Part shown: positions 37,576 to 47,757 of the stretch, piece by piece
Numbering within the stretch: the first letter of the stretch is position 1
Layout: the number at the start of each line of letters is the position of its first letter
DNA from: Candidatus Microgenomates bacterium
GTDB lineage: Bacteria > Patescibacteriota > Microgenomatia > UBA8517
Length of the DNA stretch: 49,540 bases
Assembly (NCBI GenBank): GCA_016784385.1
Contig: JADHUT010000004.1
Coordinates: 1 to 49,540, forward strand
Reading direction: 5' to 3'
Notes under the pieces: model-generated
Seen by the model: the letters and a program-made list of their open reading frames with translations, nothing else
Database searches by the model: none
What the model was told of the DNA's origin: nothing
Made by a program: the position numbers and the translations under genes

Positions 37576-38435
37576 AAATACTCTTTATTTCTCACTATTG
37601 CCCTCCACACATAGGTGGTGTGGAAAAACACGTAGAAAGTATTTCAAAAGTATTAAAAAAGAACGGCCATAAGGTAGTAGTAATTGCAAAAGATCATCCT
37701 TTAAAATATCCAGACATAAAATTCGTAGGACTCATAAAAATTTGGGTGGAACTGTTTAAATTGCGAAAAGTAATTAAAGATTCTGATGTAATACATATTC
37801 ACGACGTGTTTATTTGGTATTTACCATTTAGATTTCTTTACCCCAACAAAAAAGTATACATAACCTTTCATGGTGGTAGGCAAGATTTTCCTTCTGTTCC
37901 TTTTAAGTATAAATTTTTTTTAAAAATTGCCCATAAATTAACAGATGGCTCTATTGCAGTTGGTGGTTATATAGGAAAGTATTTTCAAATAAAACCAAAC
38001 GCAGTGATTTATGGAGGTGTATCAAAGAACAAACCTACTAGAGTAAAAAACAAAATCAAAAACAGTATTGTTTGGCTCGGTAGGTTAGATAAGGAATCTG
38101 ATTTGCCACAGTTTTTAGATTGGCTCAAAAATGAAAAGAGAAAATATAAAGTTGTGTTTGTGGGTGATGGAGATATGAAGAAGGAGTGCAGCAAATTCGG
38201 AGAAGTAGTGGGTTTTGTTAAAGATCCAAAAGCCTACATATCAAAGCCGGAAATTGTAGTTCCTGTCGGTTATTTGTCATACCTAGAAGCAAAGCAAGCT
38301 GAAGCCACAGTCATGACTTTCCCTAAAACTTCAATGAAAAAAGATTATTGGAGGGGGATTGAAAAGCTTTCAATTGTTCCAACTTGGGAAAGTGTAGTTG
38401 ATGTATATTTGAAACTATGGGGGACGACAGATTAG
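37572..38435 (+). CDS. GT4-family glycosyltransferase (compact)
   Basis: MKILFIS..PHIGGVE, DVIHIH, TFHG, WLGRL. Confidence 0.8.
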   Translation: MKILFISHYCPPHIGGVEKHVESISKVLKKNGHKVVVIAKDHPLKYPDIKFVGLIKIWVELFKLRKVIKDSDVIHIHDVFIWYLPFRFLYPNKKVYITFHGGRQDFPSVPFKYKFFLKIAHKLTDGSIAVGGYIGKYFQIKPNAVIYGGVSKNKPTRVKNKIKNSIVWLGRLDKESDLPQFLDWLKNEKRKYKVVFVGDGDMKKECSKFGEVVGFVKDPKAYISKPEIVVPVGYLSYLEAKQAEATVMTFPKTSMKKDYWRGIEKLSIVPTWESVVDVYLKLWGTTD

Positions 38436-38710
38436 TCTTCATCTATTAATGCAAGTTTTAGTTCATCTCTCAAAAAAGGAATAATTCCTTTTCCGTATTT
38501 TTGTATTTTTCTTTCAGCAGATTGTCGTAAAAGTGCTCTTTGTTGTTGGTGGGTTTTTCCTGAAGTTCCACCTAAGGTGGCGACACTTGCTAATGCTACG
38601 ACAGCATGGCCATAATTAGTTTCGGCAAAATCTCCCACATTCCTATCTTCCACACTTTTTATAAAAGTCTTGATCTCAGGAGGAAGACTTGGTGATTCTT
38701 TTTTAGCCAT
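38432..38710 (-). CDS. Small hypothetical protein
   Basis: 92-aa antisense ORF, TAAAAT 6 nt before ATG, 4-nt stop overlap with the upstream gene. Confidence 0.6.
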   Translation of the reverse strand: MAKKESPSLPPEIKTFIKSVEDRNVGDFAETNYGHAVVALASVATLGGTSGKTHQQQRALLRQSAERKIQKYGKGIIPFLRDELKLALIDED

Positions 38711-38753
38711 GCCTGTATTTTACCTTAATGAATAAAAAATATAAAATATTGAC

Positions 38754-39707
38754 ATGAAAATATCAATCTGTATAACAGTGAGGGATGAGGAAAAAAGCGT
38801 AGCAGCTTTGTTGACATCACTTCTCAATCAAAGCTTAAAACCCTTCGAGATTGTTGTAGTAGACGGTGGTTCAACTGACAAAACTTTGCAAATTGTCAGG
38901 CATTTTGCAAAAAAAAGTAAATTAATTAAAATGATGAGCGAGCCAGGAAGTATAGCCCATGGAAGAAATGTTTCAATTGAGGTAGCCCGTGGAGACATCA
39001 TTGTTACAACTGATGCGGGATGTGTCACCAAGCGTACTTGGTTGGAAAAGATAATAACACCACTTAAACACAAAACAGTTGGACTTGTTGCAGGTTTTTA
39101 CGATATGCCATACGACAATTCCCTGCAGGAAGCAGCAAGGGTTTACTTGGGAGTAGTTCCACAAAGGTTTGATCCAACAACTTTTTTGCCTTCTGCAAGA
39201 TCTGTGGCATTTAGAAAATCTGTATGGGAGAGTGTGGGAGGATTTAACGAAAAATTAGATAAAGGTGGAGAAGACACAGAATTTTTCTTCAAATGTGTGA
39301 AAAAAAATGTGAAAATAGTCAGGGTAGAGGAGGCGAGAGTGGTTTGGAAGGAGCTTGAAAATATGGTTGTCAAAGACATAACAAAAAAGTTCTTTATATA
39401 TGCAAAAGGGGATGGACAAGCTGGTATTTGGTGGCACCCTTCTAAACAATTTTCGTCGCACAATATTAAGATAAGTTTGGTGTTTCTCAGGTATATTGCT
39501 GGCTTAATTTTACTTGGTTTTGGACTATTCAACCCTCCCCTATTAACCATACTTTCAATTTTATTTTGCCTTTACCTGATTTTTCCAATTTGGAAATGGA
39601 GAGATGTTATACAAGATTTGAAACCAAGATTACTGCTGCCTGTTATTCAAATCATTTCAGACATACAAGTTATGAGGGGGTTTCTATCTGGAACTTTTCA
39701 GAAGTAA
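38754..39707 (+). CDS. GT2-family glycosyltransferase
   Basis: VVDGGSTD, GRN, TDAG, GGF..GED, C-terminal TMs. Confidence 0.92.
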   Translation: MKISICITVRDEEKSVAALLTSLLNQSLKPFEIVVVDGGSTDKTLQIVRHFAKKSKLIKMMSEPGSIAHGRNVSIEVARGDIIVTTDAGCVTKRTWLEKIITPLKHKTVGLVAGFYDMPYDNSLQEAARVYLGVVPQRFDPTTFLPSARSVAFRKSVWESVGGFNEKLDKGGEDTEFFFKCVKKNVKIVRVEEARVVWKELENMVVKDITKKFFIYAKGDGQAGIWWHPSKQFSSHNIKISLVFLRYIAGLILLGFGLFNPPLLTILSILFCLYLIFPIWKWRDVIQDLKPRLLLPVIQIISDIQVMRGFLSGTFQK

Positions 39708-39712
39708 AACTT

Positions 39713-39763
39713 GATACTGACCGAACACTCTTTTTATTAATTGAGTGACAGCTGGTCAGTATC
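39713..39763. terminator. Long interrupted hairpin between convergent genes (possible terminator)
   Basis: GATACTGACC/GGTCAGTATC 10-bp stem plus inner CACTC/GAGTG stem, followed by a T-rich tract. Confidence 0.5.
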
Positions 39764-39789
39764 GTATTTATTTTTTCTGTTTTGTGTGG

Positions 39790-40035
39790 TTAGTGTACCC
39801 ACCGCTCATTTTTTTCAATTGTGTTTATGGTTTTTGAGATTTGCCGTATTCCCAACCATATTCCTAATAAAAATGACATAACTATGGTTGCCAATATGAT
39901 AATCAGATACACTATCGGCAACTCAAGTATGCTATAGGGTCTTATAGCCCATTGTATGCCTCCGAGTACAATTGCAAACATGACACCGAATACCAATACA
40001 CCGAACAATACACCGAACCATCTTCGTTTCCACAT
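39790..40035 (-). CDS. Small two-TM membrane protein
   Basis: Two hydrophobic helices; strong AAGGAGG SD 7 nt before ATG. Confidence 0.65.
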   Translation of the reverse strand: MWKRRWFGVLFGVLVFGVMFAIVLGGIQWAIRPYSILELPIVYLIIILATIVMSFLLGIWLGIRQISKTINTIEKNERWVH

Positions 40036-40132
40036 TTTTTGCCTCCTTTAGGCTTCTTGTGAACGACTCTAGATATATTATAGGCCAGGTATAATAAAAA
40101 CACAAGTTTAATGATAAAATTTGGATCACTAT

Positions 40133-41053
40133 ATGAAAAAAGAGAATCTATATATTTTTGTACACCTTCACAAAACCGGTGGAACTACACTAAACAAGCA
40201 TATATCAAAAAACTTTAAAAGTGATGAAGTATTGACTCTTTACTACAAAACACTTGGTCTTAACCCCTTTATAAATAAAAAACAAAATTATGCAAAGATG
40301 GCAGAGAAAGCCATAAAAAAGTTAACACTCGCCCAAAAAGAAAAAGTTAAAGTTATTACAGGTCACTACTTACCATTTGGAATTCATGAGTATTTTAAAA
40401 ACAGAACCCCTGTATATATAACTATTGTTAGAGATCCATATAAGAGAGCCAGGTCTTTCTACAATTATTACCGCACCATGTATGAAAAAGAGAAAAGTAC
40501 TGGTAAAAACAAAATTATATACAGATCTTTTTTAAAAGTTGACGGGAAGATTGTCGATTTTGACACTTGGATAAGGAAAAAGTATGGAACAGGAAAAAGT
40601 GGGCTTGTAACCCAACCCATGAGTAAGTATTACAAGGATCTTGGTTACAAACTATCTGACTTCTATTTCATCGGAATTACAAAAGAACTAAATACAGATC
40701 TCTCCTTTCTCTTTCATTTGCTTGGTGTAAACAAATACTTTGTCAACCAAAATATTTCACAAGACTACATTGGTGGCGATAGATTAAAAGCAAAATATTT
40801 TTTTTCAAAAAAATACGCTGGTAGTATGAAAATTTTTCAAAAAGCAATTGAGTCTAATCGCATCTTCAAGAAAAAATATCCAGATTGGGACAGTGTTATT
40901 GGAAAAATTAGTTTCAGAAGAAAATTATTAACACCATTTACTCAGATTATTTTTGATTTTGTAGAGAGTTTACGCATGCTTTCATCTGTTTTACGCAAAA
41001 GTAGTAAACTATACGGCAGAGTATTAGATTTTTTGAAAGATGGGTTATTTTAA
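40133..41053 (+). CDS. Sulfotransferase-family protein
   Basis: FVHLHKTGGTT 5'-PSB loop, GH, TIVRDP..R..S.Y.Y 3'-PB motif, FIG; ATG 40133. Confidence 0.8.
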   Translation: MKKENLYIFVHLHKTGGTTLNKHISKNFKSDEVLTLYYKTLGLNPFINKKQNYAKMAEKAIKKLTLAQKEKVKVITGHYLPFGIHEYFKNRTPVYITIVRDPYKRARSFYNYYRTMYEKEKSTGKNKIIYRSFLKVDGKIVDFDTWIRKKYGTGKSGLVTQPMSKYYKDLGYKLSDFYFIGITKELNTDLSFLFHLLGVNKYFVNQNISQDYIGGDRLKAKYFFSKKYAGSMKIFQKAIESNRIFKKKYPDWDSVIGKISFRRKLLTPFTQIIFDFVESLRMLSSVLRKSSKLYGRVLDFLKDGLF

Positions 41054-42293
41054 AATTGCAATAAAAAATGTTTCTTGGTCAGGAGGGCTTCGTGTGTTTA
41101 TTCGTGTATTAACTTTTGTAAAGTTGGCAATTTTGGCCCGTATCTTAACTCCAACCGACTTTGGTTTAATTGCAATTGCCTCTTTAGTGTTGGCTTTCCT
41201 GGAAATAGCTACTGAAACTGGCATAAATGTATTTTTTATTCAAGAAAAAAGGGGTGTTGAAAGCTATCTTGATACAGCATTTGTTGTTTCAATTTTCAGA
41301 GGCATAACTATTTCTTTGGTAATACTGGTGTTAGCACGCCCCGTATCAGTATTTTTCAACTCACCCGGATCTTTAGGGTTAATTTATTTAATAGCGGCAG
41401 TTCCCTTTGTCAGAGGGTTTATAAACCCTTCTATTGTGCAGTTTAGAAAAAAGTTGCAATTTTCGAAAGAATTCATTTTTAGATCAGCAGTATTTTTGAT
41501 AGACACTTTGGTTGCAATTAGTGTTTCATTTGCCCTGAAATCTGCTGTGGGGCTTGTATATGGAATGATTGCTGGAGCCATAGTGGAAGTTATCATCACA
41601 CAATTATTTATTTCCCCTAAACCTAAATTTAAATATGAAACCACAAAGCTTAAAAAAATCATAAAAAGAGGAAAATGGATAACTATGTCTGGAGTGTTTA
41701 ATTACTTATTTGAAAATGTAGATGACATGGCAGTAGGTAGGATAATGGTAGATTCACAGCTTGGAATCTACCAGATGGCCTACAAAATCTCGTCCTTGCC
41801 CATTACTGAGATATCAACTGTGGTCAATAGAGTTACACTGCCAGTGTATGTGAATATCAGAGGAGACTTGGAGAGATTAAAGAGAGCATATTTAAAATCT
41901 CTGGGTGTTACTTTTTTAGTAATTATCCCCATTGGCTTAACACTATTCTTGTGGCCTGACATTTTAGTTATGGGCTTGCTTGGGGACAAATGGTTGGAAG
42001 TAGTTGAAATTGTCAGAATAATGTCATTTTTTGGAGTTATAAGGGGGATTACTCTTTCAACATATCCTTTGTTTCTTTCTTTAAAGAAACAAGAAATTGT
42101 CAGCAAAATTACACTAACAAACATAGTATTTCTAGTCATTGGCTTACTATTCCTAGTAAAACCATATGGAATTGTTGGCGCTGGAGTTTCTGCAGTAATT
42201 GGAGCAATCGCAGGTGTTCCGGTCTCTATTTACTATTTGTATAAGGTCTTTTCAAAAAAAACAAGAAAAAGTAGAAAGAAACATACAATATGA
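41040..42293 (+). CDS. Wzx-type polysaccharide flippase
   Basis: LARILTPTDFGL, GIYQMAY, LLGDKW; many TM segments. Confidence 0.9.
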   Translation: MGYFKIAIKNVSWSGGLRVFIRVLTFVKLAILARILTPTDFGLIAIASLVLAFLEIATETGINVFFIQEKRGVESYLDTAFVVSIFRGITISLVILVLARPVSVFFNSPGSLGLIYLIAAVPFVRGFINPSIVQFRKKLQFSKEFIFRSAVFLIDTLVAISVSFALKSAVGLVYGMIAGAIVEVIITQLFISPKPKFKYETTKLKKIIKRGKWITMSGVFNYLFENVDDMAVGRIMVDSQLGIYQMAYKISSLPITEISTVVNRVTLPVYVNIRGDLERLKRAYLKSLGVTFLVIIPIGLTLFLWPDILVMGLLGDKWLEVVEIVRIMSFFGVIRGITLSTYPLFLSLKKQEIVSKITLTNIVFLVIGLLFLVKPYGIVGAGVSAVIGAIAGVPVSIYYLYKVFSKKTRKSRKKHTI

Positions 42294-42865
42294 AATATAA
42301 AACTGCGACACTTAACAAAAAAGATATCACTAACTTCTCTTTAGAGAGAAACAAACTTTTAAACAAAACAAAGTACGGGTGGATTTTTTTTGTTGATAGT
42401 GATGAACAAATTTCAAAGGAACTTATGGATGAATTGATAGCACTCAACCCCAAAAACAACAAGGCCTACATGGTTAAACGTAAAAATTTCTTTTTGGGCC
42501 AAATTGTTGGAACAGACAAAATAGTTAGATTAGTCAAAAAAGGATCCGGTAAGTGGCAAAGAGCTGTTCATGAATTGTTTGAGGTTTACGATGGAGGGAA
42601 TATTGGTATGCTTGAAAATTATCTAATACACAATACAGCCACCAATCTCTCTTCTTATATTTCTAAAATGAATGATTATTCAACACTTCATGCCCTGGCC
42701 AACAAAAAGGAGGGGAAGAAGTCTGGTGTTTTTAAAATTATACTTTTTCCACTCGCCAAATTTATGCAAAAACTACTGACATCTAAAAATGTTGTTTTTA
42801 GTATAATGGCGGCACTGCATAGTTTTCTATCATGGTCAAAACTTTATTTAAATCAAAAAAAATAG
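42290..42865 (+). CDS. Short GT2-like glycosyltransferase (N-terminally reduced)
   Basis: FS..RN, WIFFVDSDE, VHE, KMNDYS motifs. Confidence 0.7.
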   Translation: MKYKTATLNKKDITNFSLERNKLLNKTKYGWIFFVDSDEQISKELMDELIALNPKNNKAYMVKRKNFFLGQIVGTDKIVRLVKKGSGKWQRAVHELFEVYDGGNIGMLENYLIHNTATNLSSYISKMNDYSTLHALANKKEGKKSGVFKIILFPLAKFMQKLLTSKNVVFSIMAALHSFLSWSKLYLNQKK

Positions 42866-43983
42866 CACAAACATTATTATTTATATTATTAGTAGTATTT
42901 CCCTTTGGACAAATAATAAAGATTGGATATGTTAATGTTATTGATGTAGTAGTTGGAACAATAGCTGTTTTTACCATGCTTTCTGGGCCAATTTACCCCA
43001 AATGGTACAGATATATTGCATATTTCTTGTTATTTGGGCTATTTTCGTGGGCTTTTAATGCAATCTTGCTTTCAAATGGACTAATATTTAAGGGATTTTT
43101 GTATTTATTTAGATTATTTACTTACTCTTTGCTACCAGTATTTATAGCAAACAATTTTGTCATCAAAGAAAATAATTTAAAAACAAAAGAGCAAAGAAAA
43201 AAAATTGTAAATAGTTTATTAGTGGTTGTGATGGTGGCAGCAGTATTTGGATGGTTACAGTATTTTTTGCTGCCCGACACACGATCTTTTAAAATTTTAG
43301 GTTGGGATGATCACTACTTCAGACTCATTGGATCATTTTTGGATCCAACTTTCACTGCAATCATTTTAGTTTTAGGGGCTATTTTGGCCGCATATAAAAG
43401 AAAAAGAGTTTTGGGATTATTTTTTCTAACCACTTTAGCATTTACCTACTCTCGAGCCGGTTATTTAGCGTTGTTGGTTTCAATTCTATATTTTTCCATT
43501 AAGAAGCATTCTCTCAAACTATTTTTATTTCCTGCAGTTATTTTCTTAATTCTTATTTCAATGCTGCCAAAGTCTGTTGGTGGTGAAGGGGTGAAACTAA
43601 CCAGGACTTCAACTGTTTCAGCAAGACTTATAAACTTTCGTGATAGTACCAAGTTAATATTGAACTCTCCTGTTATTGGAGTTGGACTAAATAATATTTG
43701 TCCAACTAAATTAAGATATGAGATCGAGTCAAACCCAGACTCCCACTCTTGTTTTGGTCTTGATTCATCTGTTCTCTTTTTATTTGCAACAACAGGTGTA
43801 TTGGGAACCATGATCTTGGGATACGCTTTTTTACAAATCAAATACTCGGAAATATTGTTCACTAGTTTTTTGGCCGTGTTGGCGCATAGTTTTTTTTCTA
43901 ATTCACTTTTCTATCCTCATGTAATGGTCTGGTTGTGGGTGTTGGTAGGATTAGGGAGCGAAGTTAACGTCAAGAGAAGTTGA
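42832..43983 (+). CDS. O-antigen ligase/Wzy-like membrane protein
   Basis: RLIGSFLDP, TYSRAG, PVIGVG, HSFFSN; multi-TM. Confidence 0.82.
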   Translation: MVKTLFKSKKIAQTLLFILLVVFPFGQIIKIGYVNVIDVVVGTIAVFTMLSGPIYPKWYRYIAYFLLFGLFSWAFNAILLSNGLIFKGFLYLFRLFTYSLLPVFIANNFVIKENNLKTKEQRKKIVNSLLVVVMVAAVFGWLQYFLLPDTRSFKILGWDDHYFRLIGSFLDPTFTAIILVLGAILAAYKRKRVLGLFFLTTLAFTYSRAGYLALLVSILYFSIKKHSLKLFLFPAVIFLILISMLPKSVGGEGVKLTRTSTVSARLINFRDSTKLILNSPVIGVGLNNICPTKLRYEIESNPDSHSCFGLDSSVLFLFATTGVLGTMILGYAFLQIKYSEILFTSFLAVLAHSFFSNSLFYPHVMVWLWVLVGLGSEVNVKRS

Positions 43984-44685
43984 ACTTTCATTTCCTGCTT
44001 TGTCAATGGATTTAATTTCAAAAGTATTAATTCCTTCAGAGAGTGTAGCTGAAAAAGAAAAGGTTCCTTCGTCTGATACTTTTGTAAAACTGTCATTTAC
44101 AAAAACTTCTGCCAAAGGATCTGTTGTTCCATTTATTTTGATTCTTTTTTGTGATTCTCCGTAAAAAGAGTCACCACTGCCTGGTGATTCAATGGTAAGT
44201 TTTGGCTCGTCATTGTCATATATGACTGAATTAACGCTTGTTTCTTGGCTTTCATTTCCCGCCCGATCTTTGGCCACACCAAAAAATGTATTTTTCCCGC
44301 CCTTAAGACTAAGCTCAAAACTAAACTTACCACTACTGTTTGCAACTGTTTCAGAGGATTTACCATTAAATGAAAGTGTAACTACTGCACCATCTTCAGA
44401 TTGACCTTCAATATTGAGAGATTTTTTATTTGTATAATCTGGTAAATTTTCAAATTGTGGAGGTGCTGGAGGTGTGTTGTCTGAAATGTCTATTGGATTA
44501 TCAGATCCTCCTAGGTTTGTAAAAAACGAAGCAAATTTAATTAAAAGAGGAAGACCCAAAAAAAACAGAAAACCAATTGTAACTACAGACAAAATAACAT
44601 ATAGATATGCTTTTTTGATATTCTTTTTCTCTTCAGTCAATGCAAGCCTAGATGTTCTTTTTCTTCTCATGATCTTTCTTGCCAT
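43951..44685 (-). CDS. Membrane-anchored protein with two Ig-like domains
   Basis: Single TM, DNTPP, two G.N.F...D.AGNES repeats; start ATG 44685 lies 6 nt after TATAGT. Confidence 0.75.
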   Translation of the reverse strand: MARKIMRRKRTSRLALTEEKKNIKKAYLYVILSVVTIGFLFFLGLPLLIKFASFFTNLGGSDNPIDISDNTPPAPPQFENLPDYTNKKSLNIEGQSEDGAVVTLSFNGKSSETVANSSGKFSFELSLKGGKNTFFGVAKDRAGNESQETSVNSVIYDNDEPKLTIESPGSGDSFYGESQKRIKINGTTDPLAEVFVNDSFTKVSDEGTFSFSATLSEGINTFEIKSIDKAGNESSTSLDVNFAP

Positions 44686-44752
44686 CAGTATACTATATAG
44701 ATCAAAATTATTCTTCTTGACAAAGAAAAATAATAATTTATAGTAATTCCTT

Positions 44753-44935
44753 ATGGGTTTAGGCAAAGATAGTGGAGACACAACAGAGAACGCAACCAAC
44801 AAGAAAAAACAAATTCCAGTGGGTCCACAACTACCAAAAAGAACTTGTGTACACCAAGCAGTGGAAACCGGCCGTATGGTTAGGGACTTTAATATTGGTC
44901 ATAGGCCCCGTGTTCAGGCAAACAATACTAAATAA
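44753..44935 (+). CDS. Small hypothetical protein
   Basis: 60-aa ORF preceded by TTGACA-16 nt-TATAGT. Confidence 0.4.
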   Translation: MGLGKDSGDTTENATNKKKQIPVGPQLPKRTCVHQAVETGRMVRDFNIGHRPRVQANNTK

Positions 44936-44972
44936 TTTGACATTTGGGTTTTGGTTGGCATATTCTTAATGT

Positions 44973-45809
44973 ATGTCTATTACACTTTCAGTATTTGAAC
45001 AAAAAAGAATTCGCAGATCTTGGAATGATAAATCAGAAAAATGGTATTTTTCAGTTGTTGATGTAATACATGCTTTAACTGACAGTAAAAACCCTCAAGT
45101 ATATTGGAGAGTTTTAAAAAAAAGGCTTATTGATGAAGGATCTGGTGAAACCGTTACAAAATGTAACGGTTTGAAAATGAAAGCCATTGATGGTAAGTCA
45201 CGATTAACGGATGTTGCTGATACAGAAACACTTTTTCGTTTGATACAATCCATTCCCTCACCCAAGGCTGAACCCTTCAAATTATGGCTTGCGAGAGTCG
45301 GGTATGAAAGGGTAGAAGAAGCAGAAGACCCAGAAAGGGCAATACAAAGAGCGTTAAACACCTACCTTAAAAAAGGGTATACCAAAAATTGGGTCGATTT
45401 ACGACTTAAAAGTATTGAAATCAGAAAAGATTTGACTGATGAGTGGGTAGAAAGAGGGATAAAAACATCCAAAGATTTTGCAATTTTAACTGATGATATT
45501 ACTTTTGCCTGGGCGGGTATGAGAACGAAAAGTTATAAAAAATATAAAAGTCTAAAAAAACAAAATTTGCGAGACAATATGACAAATTTAGAATTAGTTT
45601 TAAATATGTTAGCAGAGGCATCTACTAAAGAAATTTCAAGAAAGGAAAAACCTGATACTTTTCCTAAAAACAGAAGTGTGGCACGTAAAGGAGGGGGTGT
45701 TGCGGGAGTTGCTAGAAGGAACTTGGAAAAAAGATTGGGCGAGAAAGTAATTACAAAATCGAGCTACATAAAAAGCAAAAAAAGGTTAGAATTAAAAAAT
45801 GTCAGATAA
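44973..45809 (+). CDS. Bro-N domain protein, copy 2
   Basis: WYFSVVDV, RLIQSIPSPKAEPFKLWLA, NLRDNMT; paralog of 13719-14555. Confidence 0.85.
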   Translation: MSITLSVFEQKRIRRSWNDKSEKWYFSVVDVIHALTDSKNPQVYWRVLKKRLIDEGSGETVTKCNGLKMKAIDGKSRLTDVADTETLFRLIQSIPSPKAEPFKLWLARVGYERVEEAEDPERAIQRALNTYLKKGYTKNWVDLRLKSIEIRKDLTDEWVERGIKTSKDFAILTDDITFAWAGMRTKSYKKYKSLKKQNLRDNMTNLELVLNMLAEASTKEISRKEKPDTFPKNRSVARKGGGVAGVARRNLEKRLGEKVITKSSYIKSKKRLELKNVR

Positions 45810-46641
45810 TTTCGTAGCTGATAAATACAAAGCCACTTGGGTGAGTCACAGCTCAATTTCAGATTTTTTGGTTTGCCCCAGAGGCTACTACCTTCGTAAT
45901 GTTTACAAAGATCCCCTGACTGGACACAAAGTAACAGTCACTTCACCTGCACTCTCTTTAGGTTCTGCAGTTCATGAGGTTGTAGAGTCCCTGTCAGTAC
46001 TTCCAGTAGAAGAAAGGTTAACAACTCCACTAAAAGAGAAGTTTAATGTGGTGTGGGAAAAAGTAAGTGGGAAAATGGGAGGATTTGAAAGTGATACCCA
46101 AGAAGATGAATTTAAAGCCAGAGGAGTTAAAATGCTTGAAAGGGTGGAAAAACACCCTGGACCAATTTTAAAAAAGGCTGTTAAAATTCCATCAACTTTT
46201 ATCCCTAATTATTATCTTTCAGAGGAGGATGAAATAATTCTTTGTGGAAAAGTAGATTGGTTGGAATACAAGAAAAAAGATGATTCATTAAACATTATTG
46301 ACTTCAAAACAGGTAAATACGAAGAGAAACAAGAATCACTCCAACTTCCTATATACCTTCTTCTGGTAACAAACACACAAAAAAGAAAAGTGAGTGGAGC
46401 ATCTTATTGGTACCTCAATAAAGACAACAAACCCACAAAACAAGAGCTTCCTGATGAAAAGCAGTCTTTCGAAAAAGTCTACGAGGTAGCAAAACGCATA
46501 AAACTGGCAAGACAACTGCAACACTTCAAATGTCCCCACAATGGTTGCATGAAATGTACCCCATTAGAGAGAGTCTTGAGAGGGGATGGAGAAAAAGTGG
46601 GAGTTAGTGACACAAAACAAGATATTTATATTTTGAATTAG
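45799..46641 (+). CDS. PD-(D/E)XK nuclease (RecB/AddB-like)
   Basis: SHSSI..F..CP, G.AVH, GKVD, IIDFKTG, QL.IY, C-terminal Cys cluster. Confidence 0.85.
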   Translation: MSDNFVADKYKATWVSHSSISDFLVCPRGYYLRNVYKDPLTGHKVTVTSPALSLGSAVHEVVESLSVLPVEERLTTPLKEKFNVVWEKVSGKMGGFESDTQEDEFKARGVKMLERVEKHPGPILKKAVKIPSTFIPNYYLSEEDEIILCGKVDWLEYKKKDDSLNIIDFKTGKYEEKQESLQLPIYLLLVTNTQKRKVSGASYWYLNKDNKPTKQELPDEKQSFEKVYEVAKRIKLARQLQHFKCPHNGCMKCTPLERVLRGDGEKVGVSDTKQDIYILN

Positions 46642-47080
46642 TTACCCCAACCGTTTTCGAAAAATGGAATACTTTTCTTGTAATTCCCTATAGCTTCTTT
46701 GACATAGGGTAATAGATTATCTGGTAGATCATTTAAATCAAACCAACTTATATCATCACATTTGTCTGGTTCCATAATTTTAGGTTCACCATTCCATTTT
46801 TTAGCTACAAAGAAAAAATCAATATACTCTTGGTCGGGATAATATCTATGAATTACTGTTGCAGGAAGTAAATCTGCTTTTACACTTTCAATATCAGCTT
46901 CTTCTTTTGCTTCTCTGATCATTGCTGTACTAACAGGTTATTTCCATCAATATGGCCTGCCACCAAACTATAATGTCCATCCTTCCATCCAGTTTTAAAT
47001 CTTCTCGCCAATAGTATTTTATTTTTCTTTAAAAGAATTAAATAAACTGCTGATCGTATTAAAAATCTTTCTGATGACAT
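46638..47080 (-). pseudogene. NUDIX hydrolase split by a 1-bp frameshift
   Basis: AGHIDGN / [E]PVSTAMIREAKEE Nudix box broken at about 46939; EPDKCD downstream. Confidence 0.85.
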
Positions 47081-47195
47081 AAAAAAGATTATATCAAATG
47101 TTTGAAAAAGAAATTGTACCACCTAAATTGGTACGTGTTTAGAATTTTGTGTCCATGAAACATTGTTGTGAAATAAATATGGTAAAATAATTTCA

Positions 47196-47747
47196 ATGGA
47201 ATCTAGTACACAGGAAATAAACACCCCTAGACCTGATCAGGTCATGGATTATGATGCGATATTAAGCACTCGAAGAGAATTAACTCCAGAGAATCTTACT
47301 TCAATTGGTGATCTTATTGACGTGTCGATGGAAATCTTACAAGAAGAAGGTACTGATAAGAAAACAGGATTCAGAACAGCCTATTTGATGACTAGAAAAA
47401 TAACAAGTAGCAATTTCTTTAATAAGAAATCCGTTGCAGGTGGTAATCGATTTTATGTAATGATTAGAGACTTAAAAGCTGGAAATGAATTTGCGAATAA
47501 AATAGATGGTCTTATAATTCATTGTAAAAAAGTAGGTCACAACCTCGAACCAATTAGTGAAGAACAATGGTCATTGCCAAGAAGTAGACAATTTACTAAA
47601 AATGATAGGTATTTATCAAGCGTAAGTGGAAAAGATGAGGACTGGAAGTTAATTGATGAATTAACTAATGATTTAAAAGTAAATAAGAAAGTGTATAAAA
47701 AGGCGATAAACATAGAAAAAGACCTGTTCGACAAAAGAACAAGATAG
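47196..47747 (+). CDS. Hypothetical protein
   Basis: 183-aa ORF, TGgTAAAAT 7 nt before ATG. Confidence 0.65.
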   Translation: MESSTQEINTPRPDQVMDYDAILSTRRELTPENLTSIGDLIDVSMEILQEEGTDKKTGFRTAYLMTRKITSSNFFNKKSVAGGNRFYVMIRDLKAGNEFANKIDGLIIHCKKVGHNLEPISEEQWSLPRSRQFTKNDRYLSSVSGKDEDWKLIDELTNDLKVNKKVYKKAINIEKDLFDKRTR

Positions 47748-47757
47748 GCCACATTAT

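Noticed and set aside
39704..39795. Integron attC site
   Set aside because: CACTAAC and GTTTTAC boxes exist on the minus strand, but the stem is about 25 nt from the first box, the boxes are not complementary beyond AAC/GTT, and no integrase or second site is present.
45799..46641. Cas4 or CRISPR adaptation module
   Set aside because: Generic PD-(D/E)XK RecB/AddB-like nuclease with no cas1/cas2 or array nearby; no evidence links it to the hairpin elements.
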